From an uncultured Planctomycetia bacterium (GTDB lineage: Bacteria; Omnitrophota; Gorgyraeia; Duberdicusellales; 4484-171), in the NCBI GenBank assembly GCA_964536865.1, contig CAZHYN010000003.1:30001-62000 (forward strand): DNA of 32,000 bases. The letters run 5' to 3'. Numbering within the stretch: the stretch's first letter is position 1; each line of letters starts with the position of its first letter. This document shows positions 15,602 through 25,414 of the stretch, one piece after another. Position numbers and translations under genes: made by a program. The notes below the pieces were generated by a model. The model was not told the origin of the DNA and did not search any database. It saw only the letters and a list, made by a program, of their open reading frames with translations.

Positions 15602-16850
15602 TTAGAGTGCTTCTTCAGGATATGCTTCGATTCTGTGGATACTTAAATCTGCTTCCATTATCTCTTCTTGTTCAGAAAGTCTTATTCCTACAGTAGATTT
15701 CAATAGATAGTAAATAGTAAATCCACTTGCAAGAGCAAAAACAATTGCTATTAAATTTCCTATAAGTTGAGCAGTTAAGTTTACTCCGTCTACTCCCCCC
15801 AAGTGCTTTTATTCCAAAAATTCCACAGGCAATCCCTCCCCAAGAACCAGCTACACCATATAGAGGCCATACCCCTAAAACGTCATCAATTTTAAGAATT
15901 TCAGTTTCAATATGAAAATATGAAAAAGTTTTACGAAGATTAAACCAGCTATTCCTTTAATAATTAAAGCACCGAGAGGATGTACCACATCAAATCCAGA
16001 ACATATAGCAATAAGTTCAGCCAAAGCACCGTTATGGATAAAGGCAGCATCATTTTTAGAAATAATTAGTGTTACAACTATCCCACCTACTATTACTATA
16101 AGAGAATTTACTGCTACTAAACTAGAGATGTTAGTCAATTTTCCTGTGCTCATCACATTAAAAACAAACCACCCTACACATAAAAGCCAACTTCCTAGAG
16201 CAAGAAAAGGTATGTTACTTACCCTTGTAGGATGCTTCTTCTACCAATGTATCTCTTGATATGAGGATTTAAAAGGAAAATAGCAGGAAGAGCGAGCCAA
16301 CTTCCCATAGAGTACACTACTACTAAACCAGCATAATCATGAAAGGGAACGCCTGTTAGATTCGCTAACCATGAATCAGGTTGTCCTAGAAAAGTATTTT
16401 TTCCCTACACAAAGGATTCAAAAAGGGGATAAATAAATCCTACCAGTACTCCTCCTGCTAATGATTGAGCCCAGAATTTTGCTTGTTCCACGATTCCTCC
16501 TGAAATTATTGCTAGAATACAGGCAGCAAAAGTCAGTAGAAAGAAGAAATGGATAAGGTTAAATCCTTAACTTCCATTCAATAATTGCTGAGCAGTTTTA
16601 AAGAAAGAGATACCATAAGCAATAGGGAAACTGATGAAAAAGTAAGCAACTGTAGAGATGCCCCAATTAATGATAATTTTTACTAAAGCATTAACTTGAT
16701 TTTTCTTCCTTACCGAACCAACTTATAGGAAAACAAAACCAGTATGTATAGAAAAAATTAGAGTTGCTCTCATTAATAGAAAAAAGATATTTCCACTATG
16801 GAGAAGGTTTCCTAAAGCCTTGGATAATGCACCTACATCCGTTTTTTCAT
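15602..16850 (-). pseudogene. amt: Ammonium transporter Amt, multiply disrupted
   Basis: Amt-like segments run through the locus (FLxVGSVRKKNQVNAL, FHDYAGLVVVYSMGSWLAL, LGSWLLCVGWFVFN, NGALAELIAICSGFDVV, KIDDVLGVWPLYGVAGSWGGIACGIFG). In-frame stops lie at 16723-16725 (TAA), 16567-16569 (TAA) and 16405-16407 (TAG, at the Trp of the WvWg motif). There are at least three frameshifts, one in a G6 run near 15795-15800, and a conserved His reads Tyr (VVY). Confidence 0.85.
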
Positions 16851-17206
16851 CTCTCTTTTACCATAAAATTGTAAGTATTTTTGCTTGTGTATTTAGAAAG
16901 TATAATTAATCTTTGGGTTACCAATAATCCCTTTTCCATTATTTATTTCTTTTATCTCTTTTTATGTTTATTACATACATTTTTATCAGAATATTGAACC
17001 GGTTTAAAAGGATTATTTATTTGACTAAAATTCATATCTATTCTATATAAAAAATAAAAGCATTTTCTAAGCTATTTTTGCTTAAAAAAGGATGTCTCTG
17101 CCTAGCAAAAAAAGCCCACACTTTCTCACTCGGCCCCCTTTGCCTTATTAACCTCTTTGTTACCTACCTTATAACATTTAAAGAACATTTTGCCAAAAGG
17201 AATCTT

Positions 17207-17908
17207 TTATTTTTTTCTTACTTCATAGGCAACAATGATTGCTTCTGCGATATTCTTCATAGGCAGGCGTCTGTCCATACTAGATTTCCTAATTAAATTG
17301 TAAGCTTCCTCCTCTGTTAGATTTTCCTCTTTCATAAGGATCCCTTTTGCTTTTTCAATCTTTTTTCGTGCCTCCAGTTCTTCTTGGATGATTTTAGTTT
17401 TAACCATAAGCTCTGTATTCTCAATTGCTATTGCTGCTTGATTTGCTACTGTACTCAAAAGAGCGATATCACTTTTTGTAAACTTGTAAGGAGTAGTTGT
17501 GTAGCAATTTACTACACCTATTACTTTGTTCTTCACCATCATAGGAACACTTAACATAGAGATTAATCCTTCTTTTTTTGCTAAAGCCTTTTCCTTATAT
17601 TTGGGTTCTTTCGACACATCTAAAATTACTATGGGTTTTCTTTCCTTTGCTACCAGTCCCACTATACCTTCTCCAACTTTTAGACTCCTTTCTTTCAGAT
17701 AATCCTTACTCATTGCCTGTGTAGCTCTTATCTTTAACTCTTTGGTTTCATCATCTAAGAGCCAAAGAGAACAAATTTTTGTCTTCATCACATTGGCAGT
17801 CACAGTGACAATAAGTTTGAGAACATCTTCAAGGTAGAGATCGCTGGTTATTGCTTTACTTATTTTATTTAAGGTTTCTAAGTAGTTTTTATAAGAGACC
17901 TTTCTCAT
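17207..17908 (-). CDS. GAF-ANTAR RNA-binding antitermination regulator
   Basis: N-terminal GAF-like domain and a C-terminal ANTAR signature (ELEARKKIEKAKGILMKEENLTEEEAYNLIRKSSMDRRLPMKNIAEAII). Confidence 0.85.
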   Translation of the reverse strand: MRKVSYKNYLETLNKISKAITSDLYLEDVLKLIVTVTANVMKTKICSLWLLDDETKELKIRATQAMSKDYLKERSLKVGEGIVGLVAKERKPIVILDVSKEPKYKEKALAKKEGLISMLSVPMMVKNKVIGVVNCYTTTPYKFTKSDIALLSTVANQAAIAIENTELMVKTKIIQEELEARKKIEKAKGILMKEENLTEEEAYNLIRKSSMDRRLPMKNIAEAIIVAYEVRKK

Positions 17909-17918
17909 TTTTCTCTTT

Positions 17919-18395
17919 TTAATTAAAGAGGAACCACAACCTTATTACTCCTTGGGTAGCTAATTCTACTATGATTCCTGCCGTCATCACTCCTAGTAAG
18001 ATGCTTAGTATGGTTTTTAATATATTGAATCTTAATAAGTTAGCTATAAAAGTCCCTGTCCAAGCTCCTGTAGTGGGAAAAGGAATACCTACAAAAAGTA
18101 TTACTCCTATTACTCCATAAGTAGAGATGAGTTTTGACTTTTTCTCTGCAATAGTAAACCATTGTTTTAGAAAATTTCCTAAAAAGGGAACGTCTTTTAA
18201 TTTGTGGAAGAGATAACTAAAAAATAGATACAGGGGAATAACTGGCAACATATTGCCGATAATAGAGAGAAGATAACTTTTTAAAGGAGAAAGTCCTTTA
18301 GCTATAGCAAAAGGGATAGCTCCTCTTAATTCTACTATAGGAGAAGCAGCTAAAGCGATTGTAATAATTTCACTTTCTTTCAACATATTTTCCAA
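17919..18395 (-). CDS. Small multidrug-export family membrane protein (COG2426-like)
   Basis: 158 aa, four hydrophobic helices, with family-like motifs PIVELRGAIPFA and GIPFPTTGAWTG. Confidence 0.65.
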   Translation of the reverse strand: MENMLKESEIITIALAASPIVELRGAIPFAIAKGLSPLKSYLLSIIGNMLPVIPLYLFFSYLFHKLKDVPFLGNFLKQWFTIAEKKSKLISTYGVIGVILFVGIPFPTTGAWTGTFIANLLRFNILKTILSILLGVMTAGIIVELATQGVIRLWFLFN

Positions 18396-19020
18396 TTAAA
18401 GGAACAAAAATGCAACTTCCTGCACTTCTTCTCTTAACTTCTCTATCAGTGATTTTATCTGCTATAATAAGCTCTTGTTGAAAAGCGCCACCTATAGGCA
18501 TTACTAATCTTCCCCCAATTCTTAATTGTTGTATTAAAGGAGAGGGGATATCTTTAGCAGCAGCAGTGACAATTATTTTGTCAAAGGGTGATTCTTCTTC
18601 CCATCCCAAAGTACCATCGCCTATCCTTATTTTTACTTTAAACCCTAAAGATTTTAAAATTTGCTGAGCTTTCTCAGCCAGTTGAGGAATTCGTTCCACA
18701 GTAAATACTTTACATCCTAAATAGGCTAATATAGCTGACTGATAACCACTGCCTGTACCTATTTCTAATATTTTTTCATCTTTTTCAGGATCAAGGAGTT
18801 GGGTCATTAAAGCTACTATAAACGGTTGAGATATTGTTTGTCCCCATCCTATAGAGAGAGGATAATCTCCATAAGCGTAGCTTCGTTTCTCTTCAGGTAT
18901 AAAAAGATGACGCGGAATATTTTTAAAAGCTTCTAGAATTTTTTTGCTATTTATAGCTCGGGGTATCAATTGCTCTTCAATCATCCTTTTTCTAGAAAGC
19001 ATATAGTTATTTTCTTTCAT
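18370..19020 (-). CDS. pcm: Protein-L-isoaspartate O-methyltransferase (second, cytoplasmic-type paralog)
   Basis: Motifs ISQPFIVALM and LEIGTGSGYQSAILA. 216 aa with no hydrophobic N-terminus. Confidence 0.9.
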   Translation of the reverse strand: MKENNYMLSRKRMIEEQLIPRAINSKKILEAFKNIPRHLFIPEEKRSYAYGDYPLSIGWGQTISQPFIVALMTQLLDPEKDEKILEIGTGSGYQSAILAYLGCKVFTVERIPQLAEKAQQILKSLGFKVKIRIGDGTLGWEEESPFDKIIVTAAAKDIPSPLIQQLRIGGRLVMPIGGAFQQELIIADKITDREVKRRSAGSCIFVPLIGKYVERK

Positions 19021-19675
19021 TGAGAAAAAATATGAACTTTAAGAATCTTACGGTATCCATTATAGGGTTTATTTTACTTTTGGCATTTTTAAAATAGATA
19101 CTTTTTATGGGTATAGATTTTATGTTTACTCCTTTTTTAGCAGCTTTTATAAGAATTTCTGACTCTATTTGATATTTATCGGTTTCTATATTTATCTTTT
19201 CTAACACATCTCTTTTAATCAAACGGAAACCACATTGTGTGTCAGGTATCCTTTGTCTTACCATTTTAGATATAAGCCACGACATCAACTTGTTGGTAAA
19301 AATCCGGATCTTAGGCATTCCTCTAGGATCATTCATACGATTACCTATAACAAAAGTTTCTCCTTTTTCGGCTTCCTTTAAAAATTTCTCTAAGTCTCGT
19401 GGAGAGTGTTGGTTGTCTGCATCCATAGTAATCAAATAATCAAAATTTTCCTTATCTAAAAGGTATCTTATTCCTCTTTTTACAGATAATCCTTTACCAA
19501 AATTTCTTCTGTTTCTAATTACCAATACACCCTTATCTTCTGCTATCCGAGAAGTATTATCCCAAGATCCATCATCTACTACTAATACAGATAGATATTT
19601 CTTCTTCAATTCATCTAGTATTTGTCCCAAAGTATCCTCTTCGTTATATGCAGGAATTAATACCCAAACTTTCAT
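19007..19675 (-). CDS. Family 2 glycosyltransferase (polyprenyl-phosphate sugar transferase-like)
   Basis: Motifs VLIPAYNEE, VVDDGSWDNT and MDADNQH. Confidence 0.8.
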   Translation of the reverse strand: MKVWVLIPAYNEEDTLGQILDELKKKYLSVLVVDDGSWDNTSRIAEDKGVLVIRNRRNFGKGLSVKRGIRYLLDKENFDYLITMDADNQHSPRDLEKFLKEAEKGETFVIGNRMNDPRGMPKIRIFTNKLMSWLISKMVRQRIPDTQCGFRLIKRDVLEKINIETDKYQIESEILIKAAKKGVNIKSIPIKSIYFKNAKSKINPIMDTVRFLKFIFFLNERK

Positions 19676-20517
19676 TACTCTATCCAGTATTTCTCAAACA
19701 TATACCACTGCTCAGGATATCTAGCTATATACTTCTCTAATATTTTAGCACATTCTTGTATAATTTCCTCTTCAGATTTTTTCTTATTTCCTTGGTAAGG
19801 AGATATAGGAGTATCAAAAATTAAACTATAAGTATATTTGTTTTCTCTTATTAAAAAAGAAGGAATAATGTAGGCGTCTGTTTTTAAAGAGAAGTTCGCT
19901 GCTCCTCTTGGAAGGATGCATGTTTTGCCAAACATTTTTACTTTTTTCCCCTTTCTTGAAAAATCTCTATCTCCCAAGAGAGCAAGGATTTTTTTCCTGT
20001 TTAATGCTTGGAAACACTTCTTTATTCCTATACCTGTAGAAGTTACTTCTACCCCACATACTTCTCTTTGGTGATTAAAGAAGCTATTTGTTCGTTGGTC
20101 TTTATGAGGTAAAGCAACTGCATACACCTTATATCCCAGTATAGAGGTAAGAGCCCCTCCTAATTCATAGTTTCCTAGATGAGCAGTAAGAGCTATTATT
20201 TTTTTATTCTCTTTAATTAAGTTTTGTAAGAGTTCGATTCCAATTAATTTTACATATTTCTCTATAAATCTAAAATCAATTTTAGAAAATCGAAAGAAAT
20301 CTACTAAGTAATAAGCAAAATTTTCCACAATTTTTTTAGCACACCGGTAGGCTGTTTTTTTGTTTTTCAGGATAGGTAGAAGATTATATATCAGATTTTT
20401 TTTATCCTTTCTACTAAAAAGAAATTTTATTTTTGCTATAATCGAAGCTAATAGATATGATATCTTTCTTGGCAGAAGTATAGCTAACCATCTTCCCAAT
20501 AAGAAGAGATAATACAT
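19675..20517 (-). CDS. Lysophospholipid/lipid A-type acyltransferase (LpxL/HtrB-like LPLAT)
   Basis: N-terminal membrane anchor and an HX4E catalytic-type motif (AHLGNYELGG). Size and layout fit the LpxL family. Confidence 0.7.
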   Translation of the reverse strand: MYYLFLLGRWLAILLPRKISYLLASIIAKIKFLFSRKDKKNLIYNLLPILKNKKTAYRCAKKIVENFAYYLVDFFRFSKIDFRFIEKYVKLIGIELLQNLIKENKKIIALTAHLGNYELGGALTSILGYKVYAVALPHKDQRTNSFFNHQREVCGVEVTSTGIGIKKCFQALNRKKILALLGDRDFSRKGKKVKMFGKTCILPRGAANFSLKTDAYIIPSFLIRENKYTYSLIFDTPISPYQGNKKKSEEEIIQECAKILEKYIARYPEQWYMFEKYWIE

Positions 20518-20523
20518 TTGCCG

Positions 20524-21639
20524 TCAATTTAAATAGTTTAAAATTAGATTAACTATTCTTAATGATGAATCTACTATGGCATTTTGTAGAGCATTTTTCT
20601 TCAGAGAAAATAATACATTTTTATTTTTTAAAAGTGCGTTAATCAGATTCCCAATTTCTTTTACAGAATTTACTCTCAATATAGTTTCTTTTTTCTCTAG
20701 ATATCTTACATTTCTTTCTTCTTGACCTGGTATAGGATTTACTACAATCGTTGCCATTCCTTTAGCTAGAGCTTCAGAGATTGTAAGCCCCCCTGCTTTA
20801 GTTATAATAATATCTGAAAAATCCATCAATTTATTTACGAAATCAATATATCCAAAATAAAATAATCGTTTTTTAAAATATTTTGCTCTTTTCTTAAACC
20901 AGCTAAAGAGTTTTTTGTTTTTCCCGCAGATCACTATTAGTTGAAGTTCTTCCTCTACTTCATCTAATGTCTTAGCTATTCTTTTTATAGGACCTATACC
21001 TAGACCTCCTCCCATAAGTAAGATAGTATTTGTATTCAAAGCAAAACTAAATTCCTTTGCTAATTCCTTTTTATCATACACTCTTAGGAAATTTACAGAA
21101 ATAGGAATACCTAGAACTCTTACTTTTTTAGGATTTACTCCTTCTGCAATAAATATTTCCTTTGCTTCTTGGCATGCTACTACATAGAGATCTACTCCTT
21201 GATGGATCCATAGCCGATGAGGGTAATAGTCAGTCACTACTCCTATTAAGGGTACATCTATTCTCTGATTTTTTTTAAGTTCAGCAATAATTCCACAGGG
21301 AAAAGCTTGGGTAGCTACAATCACCCCAGGATCTATTTTTCTTATTAAAGATAAAAACTTAGGTACAGCTATAAGATTTATCAGTTTACTAAGCGGAGTT
21401 ATAGTTTTTATAAGTTTCTTTTTATCATAGATTTTTCCCCATAATAAAGGAAAGTACTTTATGGTAAGAGTGTAGATAAAACTAATAAATTTTTCTATAT
21501 GAGGGCTTAAATAAGCAAAACCATTTAAGTTAATTACCTCTAAGTTAGGTTCTTTAAAAATTAGGGCCTCTTTTATATTTTCACTAGCTTTTTTATGTCC
21601 TCCGAATTGAGAGATATGGAGAATAAGAACCTTTTTCAT
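20524..21639 (-). CDS. MGDG-synthase / UgtP-like diacylglycerol glycosyltransferase (GT28)
   Basis: N-terminal ILHISQFGGHKKASENIKEAL (MGDG_synth-like) and C-terminal ITKAGGLTISEALA (GT28 C-terminal domain). Confidence 0.75.
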   Translation of the reverse strand: MKKVLILHISQFGGHKKASENIKEALIFKEPNLEVINLNGFAYLSPHIEKFISFIYTLTIKYFPLLWGKIYDKKKLIKTITPLSKLINLIAVPKFLSLIRKIDPGVIVATQAFPCGIIAELKKNQRIDVPLIGVVTDYYPHRLWIHQGVDLYVVACQEAKEIFIAEGVNPKKVRVLGIPISVNFLRVYDKKELAKEFSFALNTNTILLMGGGLGIGPIKRIAKTLDEVEEELQLIVICGKNKKLFSWFKKRAKYFKKRLFYFGYIDFVNKLMDFSDIIITKAGGLTISEALAKGMATIVVNPIPGQEERNVRYLEKKETILRVNSVKEIGNLINALLKNKNVLFSLKKNALQNAIVDSSLRIVNLILNYLN

Positions 21640-21647
21640 CTTTTCGA

Positions 21648-22814
21648 TTATACTTCTCCATTATTGAAAGCATTAAGGAAAGCCTTAACTACTAAGGGGT
21701 GGAATTGAGTGCCACTATTTCTAACTATCTCTTCTTTTGCCTCAATTCTTGTTAAAGCTTTACGATAGGGTCTTTCCGTAGTCATAGCATCATAAGCATC
21801 AGCAACAGAGATTATCGCTGCCATTAAAGGTATTTTTCTTCCTTCTAATTCCGAGGGATATCCTTTTCCGTCATACCTTTCATGATGATGTTTCACAGCT
21901 AGAATTATTTCTTTTAAGTCTTTTATAGGAGAAAGTATCTCCTCCCCCACTAAAGGATGGGTTCTTATCAGTGCCCAGTCCCTGGGAGTTAGTGGACGTT
22001 TCTTGTTAAGAACTTTTTCTGGGACTCCTATCTTACCAATGTCATGTAAAAGAGCAGCTATCTTTAAATCGTTCTTAAAATTTTCCCAATTTTTTATCCT
22101 TCTTATTTTCTTAAGCTCTTGAGCAATCTTTAGAGAAAAGGTTACCACTCTTTCTGTGTGTCCTTTTGTATACTTGTCCTTAGCTTCTATAGCTTGAGCT
22201 AAGGCAGTAATAGTTTGAATAAAGAGAGCTTGATTTTTTTCTAGCTGGATTTTTAAGTCTTCGAATAAGGAAGCATTGCGGATAGCCATGGCTACATCTG
22301 AAGAAAGAATAGATAGAAAAGTTAACTCTTCAGCAGGAAACACTCTCCCATTTAGTTTTCTTCCCAGAATAAAGATTCCTAAAAGTTCCTCACGAAAAAA
22401 TATAGGGAGAGCAACCTCTACCTTATATATAAAGAGCTGATATAGTAACTTCTGGAAAAACTCTTTAAGTTTTTCGTCTGTCTTTTTTCTTTTTAGGAAT
22501 CTCTTTACTCTCTTAAGAAGAAGAAAATCATCATTCCATTGATTATAGTGCTTATTGTAAGAAAAATACTTTACTAAGGGCGAGTCTTTAGAGATTTTTA
22601 CTAATCCTGAAGGGATTTTTATACCTTGTTTTCCTCTAGATATAGTCAAAATATAACTGTCTTTATTCTTATCAAAAAGAAAAATTCCTGCATGAGAGAC
22701 TCGTAAATTTTTTATTATTGTTCTTATAATAAGCTTAATAAGAGTTTCGGTACGATGAATAAGAATCATTTGGCGAGCTGCTCTTTCTAATTCTTTTCTG
22801 TAAGAGATACGCAT
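21648..22814 (-). CDS. GAF-domain HD-GYP protein (putative c-di-GMP phosphodiesterase)
   Basis: Motifs HDIGKIGVP and HHERYDGKGYP, with an N-terminal GAF-like region. Confidence 0.85.
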   Translation of the reverse strand: MRISYRKELERAARQMILIHRTETLIKLIIRTIIKNLRVSHAGIFLFDKNKDSYILTISRGKQGIKIPSGLVKISKDSPLVKYFSYNKHYNQWNDDFLLLKRVKRFLKRKKTDEKLKEFFQKLLYQLFIYKVEVALPIFFREELLGIFILGRKLNGRVFPAEELTFLSILSSDVAMAIRNASLFEDLKIQLEKNQALFIQTITALAQAIEAKDKYTKGHTERVVTFSLKIAQELKKIRRIKNWENFKNDLKIAALLHDIGKIGVPEKVLNKKRPLTPRDWALIRTHPLVGEEILSPIKDLKEIILAVKHHHERYDGKGYPSELEGRKIPLMAAIISVADAYDAMTTERPYRKALTRIEAKEEIVRNSGTQFHPLVVKAFLNAFNNGEV

Positions 22815-23188
22815 TATTTTTTAGGTTTTATATACTTGGAGATAACGGTATCTAGATTTTCTAATTCTATAGGTTTTACAAGATAGTCTTCTGCGCCCAT
22901 TCTTTTCGCTTTCATGATAGATGGTTTATCATCTCTTGCAGTAATCATTATTACTCTAACATCTTTAGAAGTTTCTTTTACCCTCTTTAATACGAAGAAA
23001 CCATCTTCTCCAGGCATTTTCACATCTAGGAGTATAAGGTTTGGTTTTTTCTGGACAAAAATTTCTAAGGCATCCTTGGCATTATTGGCTATAAAAGGTT
23101 TCAATCCTTTTCTTTTTAAGAAACTACTTAAGAATTCTGCAACTTCTACTTCATCATCTACCACAAGTACTTTTTCCATCTTTCTCAT
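22814..23188 (-). CDS. Single-domain response regulator (CheY-like receiver)
   Basis: Motifs VVDDE, LILLDVKMPGEDG (phospho-Asp context) and YLVKP. 1-nt overlap with the HD-GYP gene. Confidence 0.9.
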   Translation of the reverse strand: MRKMEKVLVVDDEVEVAEFLSSFLKRKGLKPFIANNAKDALEIFVQKKPNLILLDVKMPGEDGFFVLKRVKETSKDVRVIMITARDDKPSIMKAKRMGAEDYLVKPIELENLDTVISKYIKPKK

Positions 23189-23261
23189 CCTCTATGCTTT
23201 AAATTTTTAATATTATACCATAGAAATTATAATCTTTTCAATTTAATTAGAAGCTCTAATT

Positions 23262-24503
23262 TCAATCTTTTAGGAAGGAGGAGATAATCTCTGAAAGAGT
23301 GGGATGGATAAAGATGCAATCCTTTATTTTATCTATAGTGAGATGGTTTCTTATAGCTAGGGAGAAGATGCTTATAAGTTCGCAAGCGTATTTGGAAATT
23401 ATAGTAGCTCCTAGTATCTTTCCTTTGGAATCAGTAAGAAGTTTAACAAATCCATCTTCATCTTGATAAACATAAGATGAGGAAAATCTTCTAAAGTTTG
23501 TTTTTATAATTTGATAAGTAAGATTCACTCTTTTTGCTTCGTCTTCATCTACTCCTACTTTTGCTATTTGAGGTATAGAGAATACACATTCACTAATACC
23601 TTCATAATTAATAGATTCTCTTTGACCTAAGATATTCTTTAAAATTATATGTGCCTGATACTCTGCTACATAAGCATACATTTTGTGAGAAGCAACATCT
23701 CCGCAGGCAAAAATGTTGCTTATGTTAGTTTGCATATACTCATTAGTCTCTATTCTTCCACTTCTATCTGTTCTTACTCCTATTTTTTCCAGATTTAAAT
23801 TTCCTGTATTAGGAATTCTTCCTCCTGCTAAAAATACCACATCAAATTCTTCCAGATTGAATTCTTCTAAAGTTGTAGAAGTTTTTATCGTTGTACCATT
23901 TTTTTCTAATATCATTCTTAAGCGTTGGCTAATCTTTCTTTCGAAATTAGGTAAAATCTGTTCCTCTTTTTCTATAACTACTACTTTCTTAGATAAATTA
24001 TTAAGAAAAGAAGCGAGTTCTAATCCTATACTACCTCCTCCTACAATAAGAATATTAGTAGGAAGATTTGAAAAGTTAAATATATCTTCAGCAAAAAATA
24101 TCTTTCTCTCATCAGGTTCTATAATTCTTTTAGGAATGCTGCCTGTAGCAATAATTATGTTCTCTGCTACCACTTTCTTTTTATCTATCTCTATTGTGTG
24201 CGTATCAGATATTTGAGCTTTTCCCCATACGATTTCTATTCCTTTGTTATCTAAATAAGAGAGTGCTTCTTTTCTTATAGACTTTACTATCTGATTCTTC
24301 TTCAAAAAAATATTTTCTAGATTATGATTGTGTTTTGTCAACTGAAGATATAATTTGGTAGGAATGCAACCTTTATTTAAGCAAATACCTCCGAAGTTTA
24401 AAGGAGACTCTTCTATAAGAATAGTTTTCAGATTATTCTTGATAGCTTCCTTGGCTGCCTGTAGTCCTCCTGCACCAGCACCTATTATTGCGAGTTCATA
24501 CAT
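23262..24503 (-). CDS. Dihydrolipoyl dehydrogenase-like pyridine nucleotide-disulfide oxidoreductase (short form)
   Basis: GAGAGG FAD motif, redox-active GGICLNKGCIPTK, second Rossmann motif VGGGSIGLE and C-terminal HPTLSE. At 413 aa it is shorter than typical LpdA. Confidence 0.75.
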   Translation of the reverse strand: MYELAIIGAGAGGLQAAKEAIKNNLKTILIEESPLNFGGICLNKGCIPTKLYLQLTKHNHNLENIFLKKNQIVKSIRKEALSYLDNKGIEIVWGKAQISDTHTIEIDKKKVVAENIIIATGSIPKRIIEPDERKIFFAEDIFNFSNLPTNILIVGGGSIGLELASFLNNLSKKVVVIEKEEQILPNFERKISQRLRMILEKNGTTIKTSTTLEEFNLEEFDVVFLAGGRIPNTGNLNLEKIGVRTDRSGRIETNEYMQTNISNIFACGDVASHKMYAYVAEYQAHIILKNILGQRESINYEGISECVFSIPQIAKVGVDEDEAKRVNLTYQIIKTNFRRFSSSYVYQDEDGFVKLLTDSKGKILGATIISKYACELISIFSLAIRNHLTIDKIKDCIFIHPTLSEIISSFLKD

Positions 24504-25414
24504 TCTCTAAAGTAATTCAATGATTCTGAAAGTTTCCTCTTTTCCTCTTTACTTAATTCCATTTCAATTATTTTCACTATACCCTTCCTGCCAATAATGC
24601 AAGGTACACCTATACATACATTTTTCAGTCCATATTCTCCTTTAAGATAAGTTGATACACATATAATTTCTTTTTTGTCTTTTACAATAGCCTCGATTAG
24701 TTGATAACCAGCAAGAGAAGGAGCAAAGTGAGCACTTCTATTCTTTAGAAGTTCAACAATCTCTTTGCCTCTCAATTTCGTTCTCTCTGAAATTAATTTT
24801 ATTTTTTCCTGAGAGATAAATTTATCTATGTTTATACCTTTAACTTTACATCTCCTAGTTAGAGGAAGCATATCTTTACTGTGGATACCTAATACCATTG
24901 TTTCTATAGAGGAAGGGCTGATTTTTATCATTTGGTAAATAAGATTAAGTAGACGGGCGGAATCTAAAGAAGACCCCATCCCTATAACTCGCTCTCTTTC
25001 AAAGTCAGTCTCTTTTTTAATCACATAAGTAATAAAATCTACAGGATTAGTTATTACTATCACTAAAGATGTAGGTGATAGCTTTTTAATTCTTTTAGCA
25101 ATATTTTTAGCAATTTCTTTGTTGATGTTAACAAGATCGTATCTTGTCATTCCTGCACCTCTTGCCTTTCCTGCAGCAACAACGACGATATCAGAATTTC
25201 TAATGTGGTTTATATTGGAGGTTCCTAGTATCTTTGTAGAAAATTTTAAAAATGCCCTAGTATCTTCTAAATCTAAAGCAACTCCTTTCGCTAAAGAACC
25301 AGCAATATCTATAAGATTTAATTCTTCTATATCCAGATTCTTTAGGATATTAAAAGCTAATGTACTTCCTACTGAGCCTACTCCAATAATAGAGATCTTT
25401 CTGACCCTTTCCAT
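24485..25414 (-). CDS. mdh: Malate dehydrogenase (LDH-like MDH family)
   Basis: Motifs KISIIGVGSVGST and AGKARGAGMTRYDLV, with Arg at the position that distinguishes MDH from LDH, plus ITNPVD. Confidence 0.8.
   Translation of the reverse strand: MERVRKISIIGVGSVGSTLAFNILKNLDIEELNLIDIAGSLAKGVALDLEDTRAFLKFSTKILGTSNINHIRNSDIVVVAAGKARGAGMTRYDLVNINKEIAKNIAKRIKKLSPTSLVIVITNPVDFITYVIKKETDFERERVIGMGSSLDSARLLNLIYQMIKISPSSIETMVLGIHSKDMLPLTRRCKVKGINIDKFISQEKIKLISERTKLRGKEIVELLKNRSAHFAPSLAGYQLIEAIVKDKKEIICVSTYLKGEYGLKNVCIGVPCIIGRKGIVKIIEMELSKEEKRKLSESLNYFRECMNSQ

Noticed and set aside
15602-16156. ORFs 15602..15802 and 15875..16156 as independent genes
   Set aside because: They are consecutive fragments of a single disrupted amt gene. 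The C-terminal and middle segments are separated by frameshifts, so they are reported as one pseudogene.
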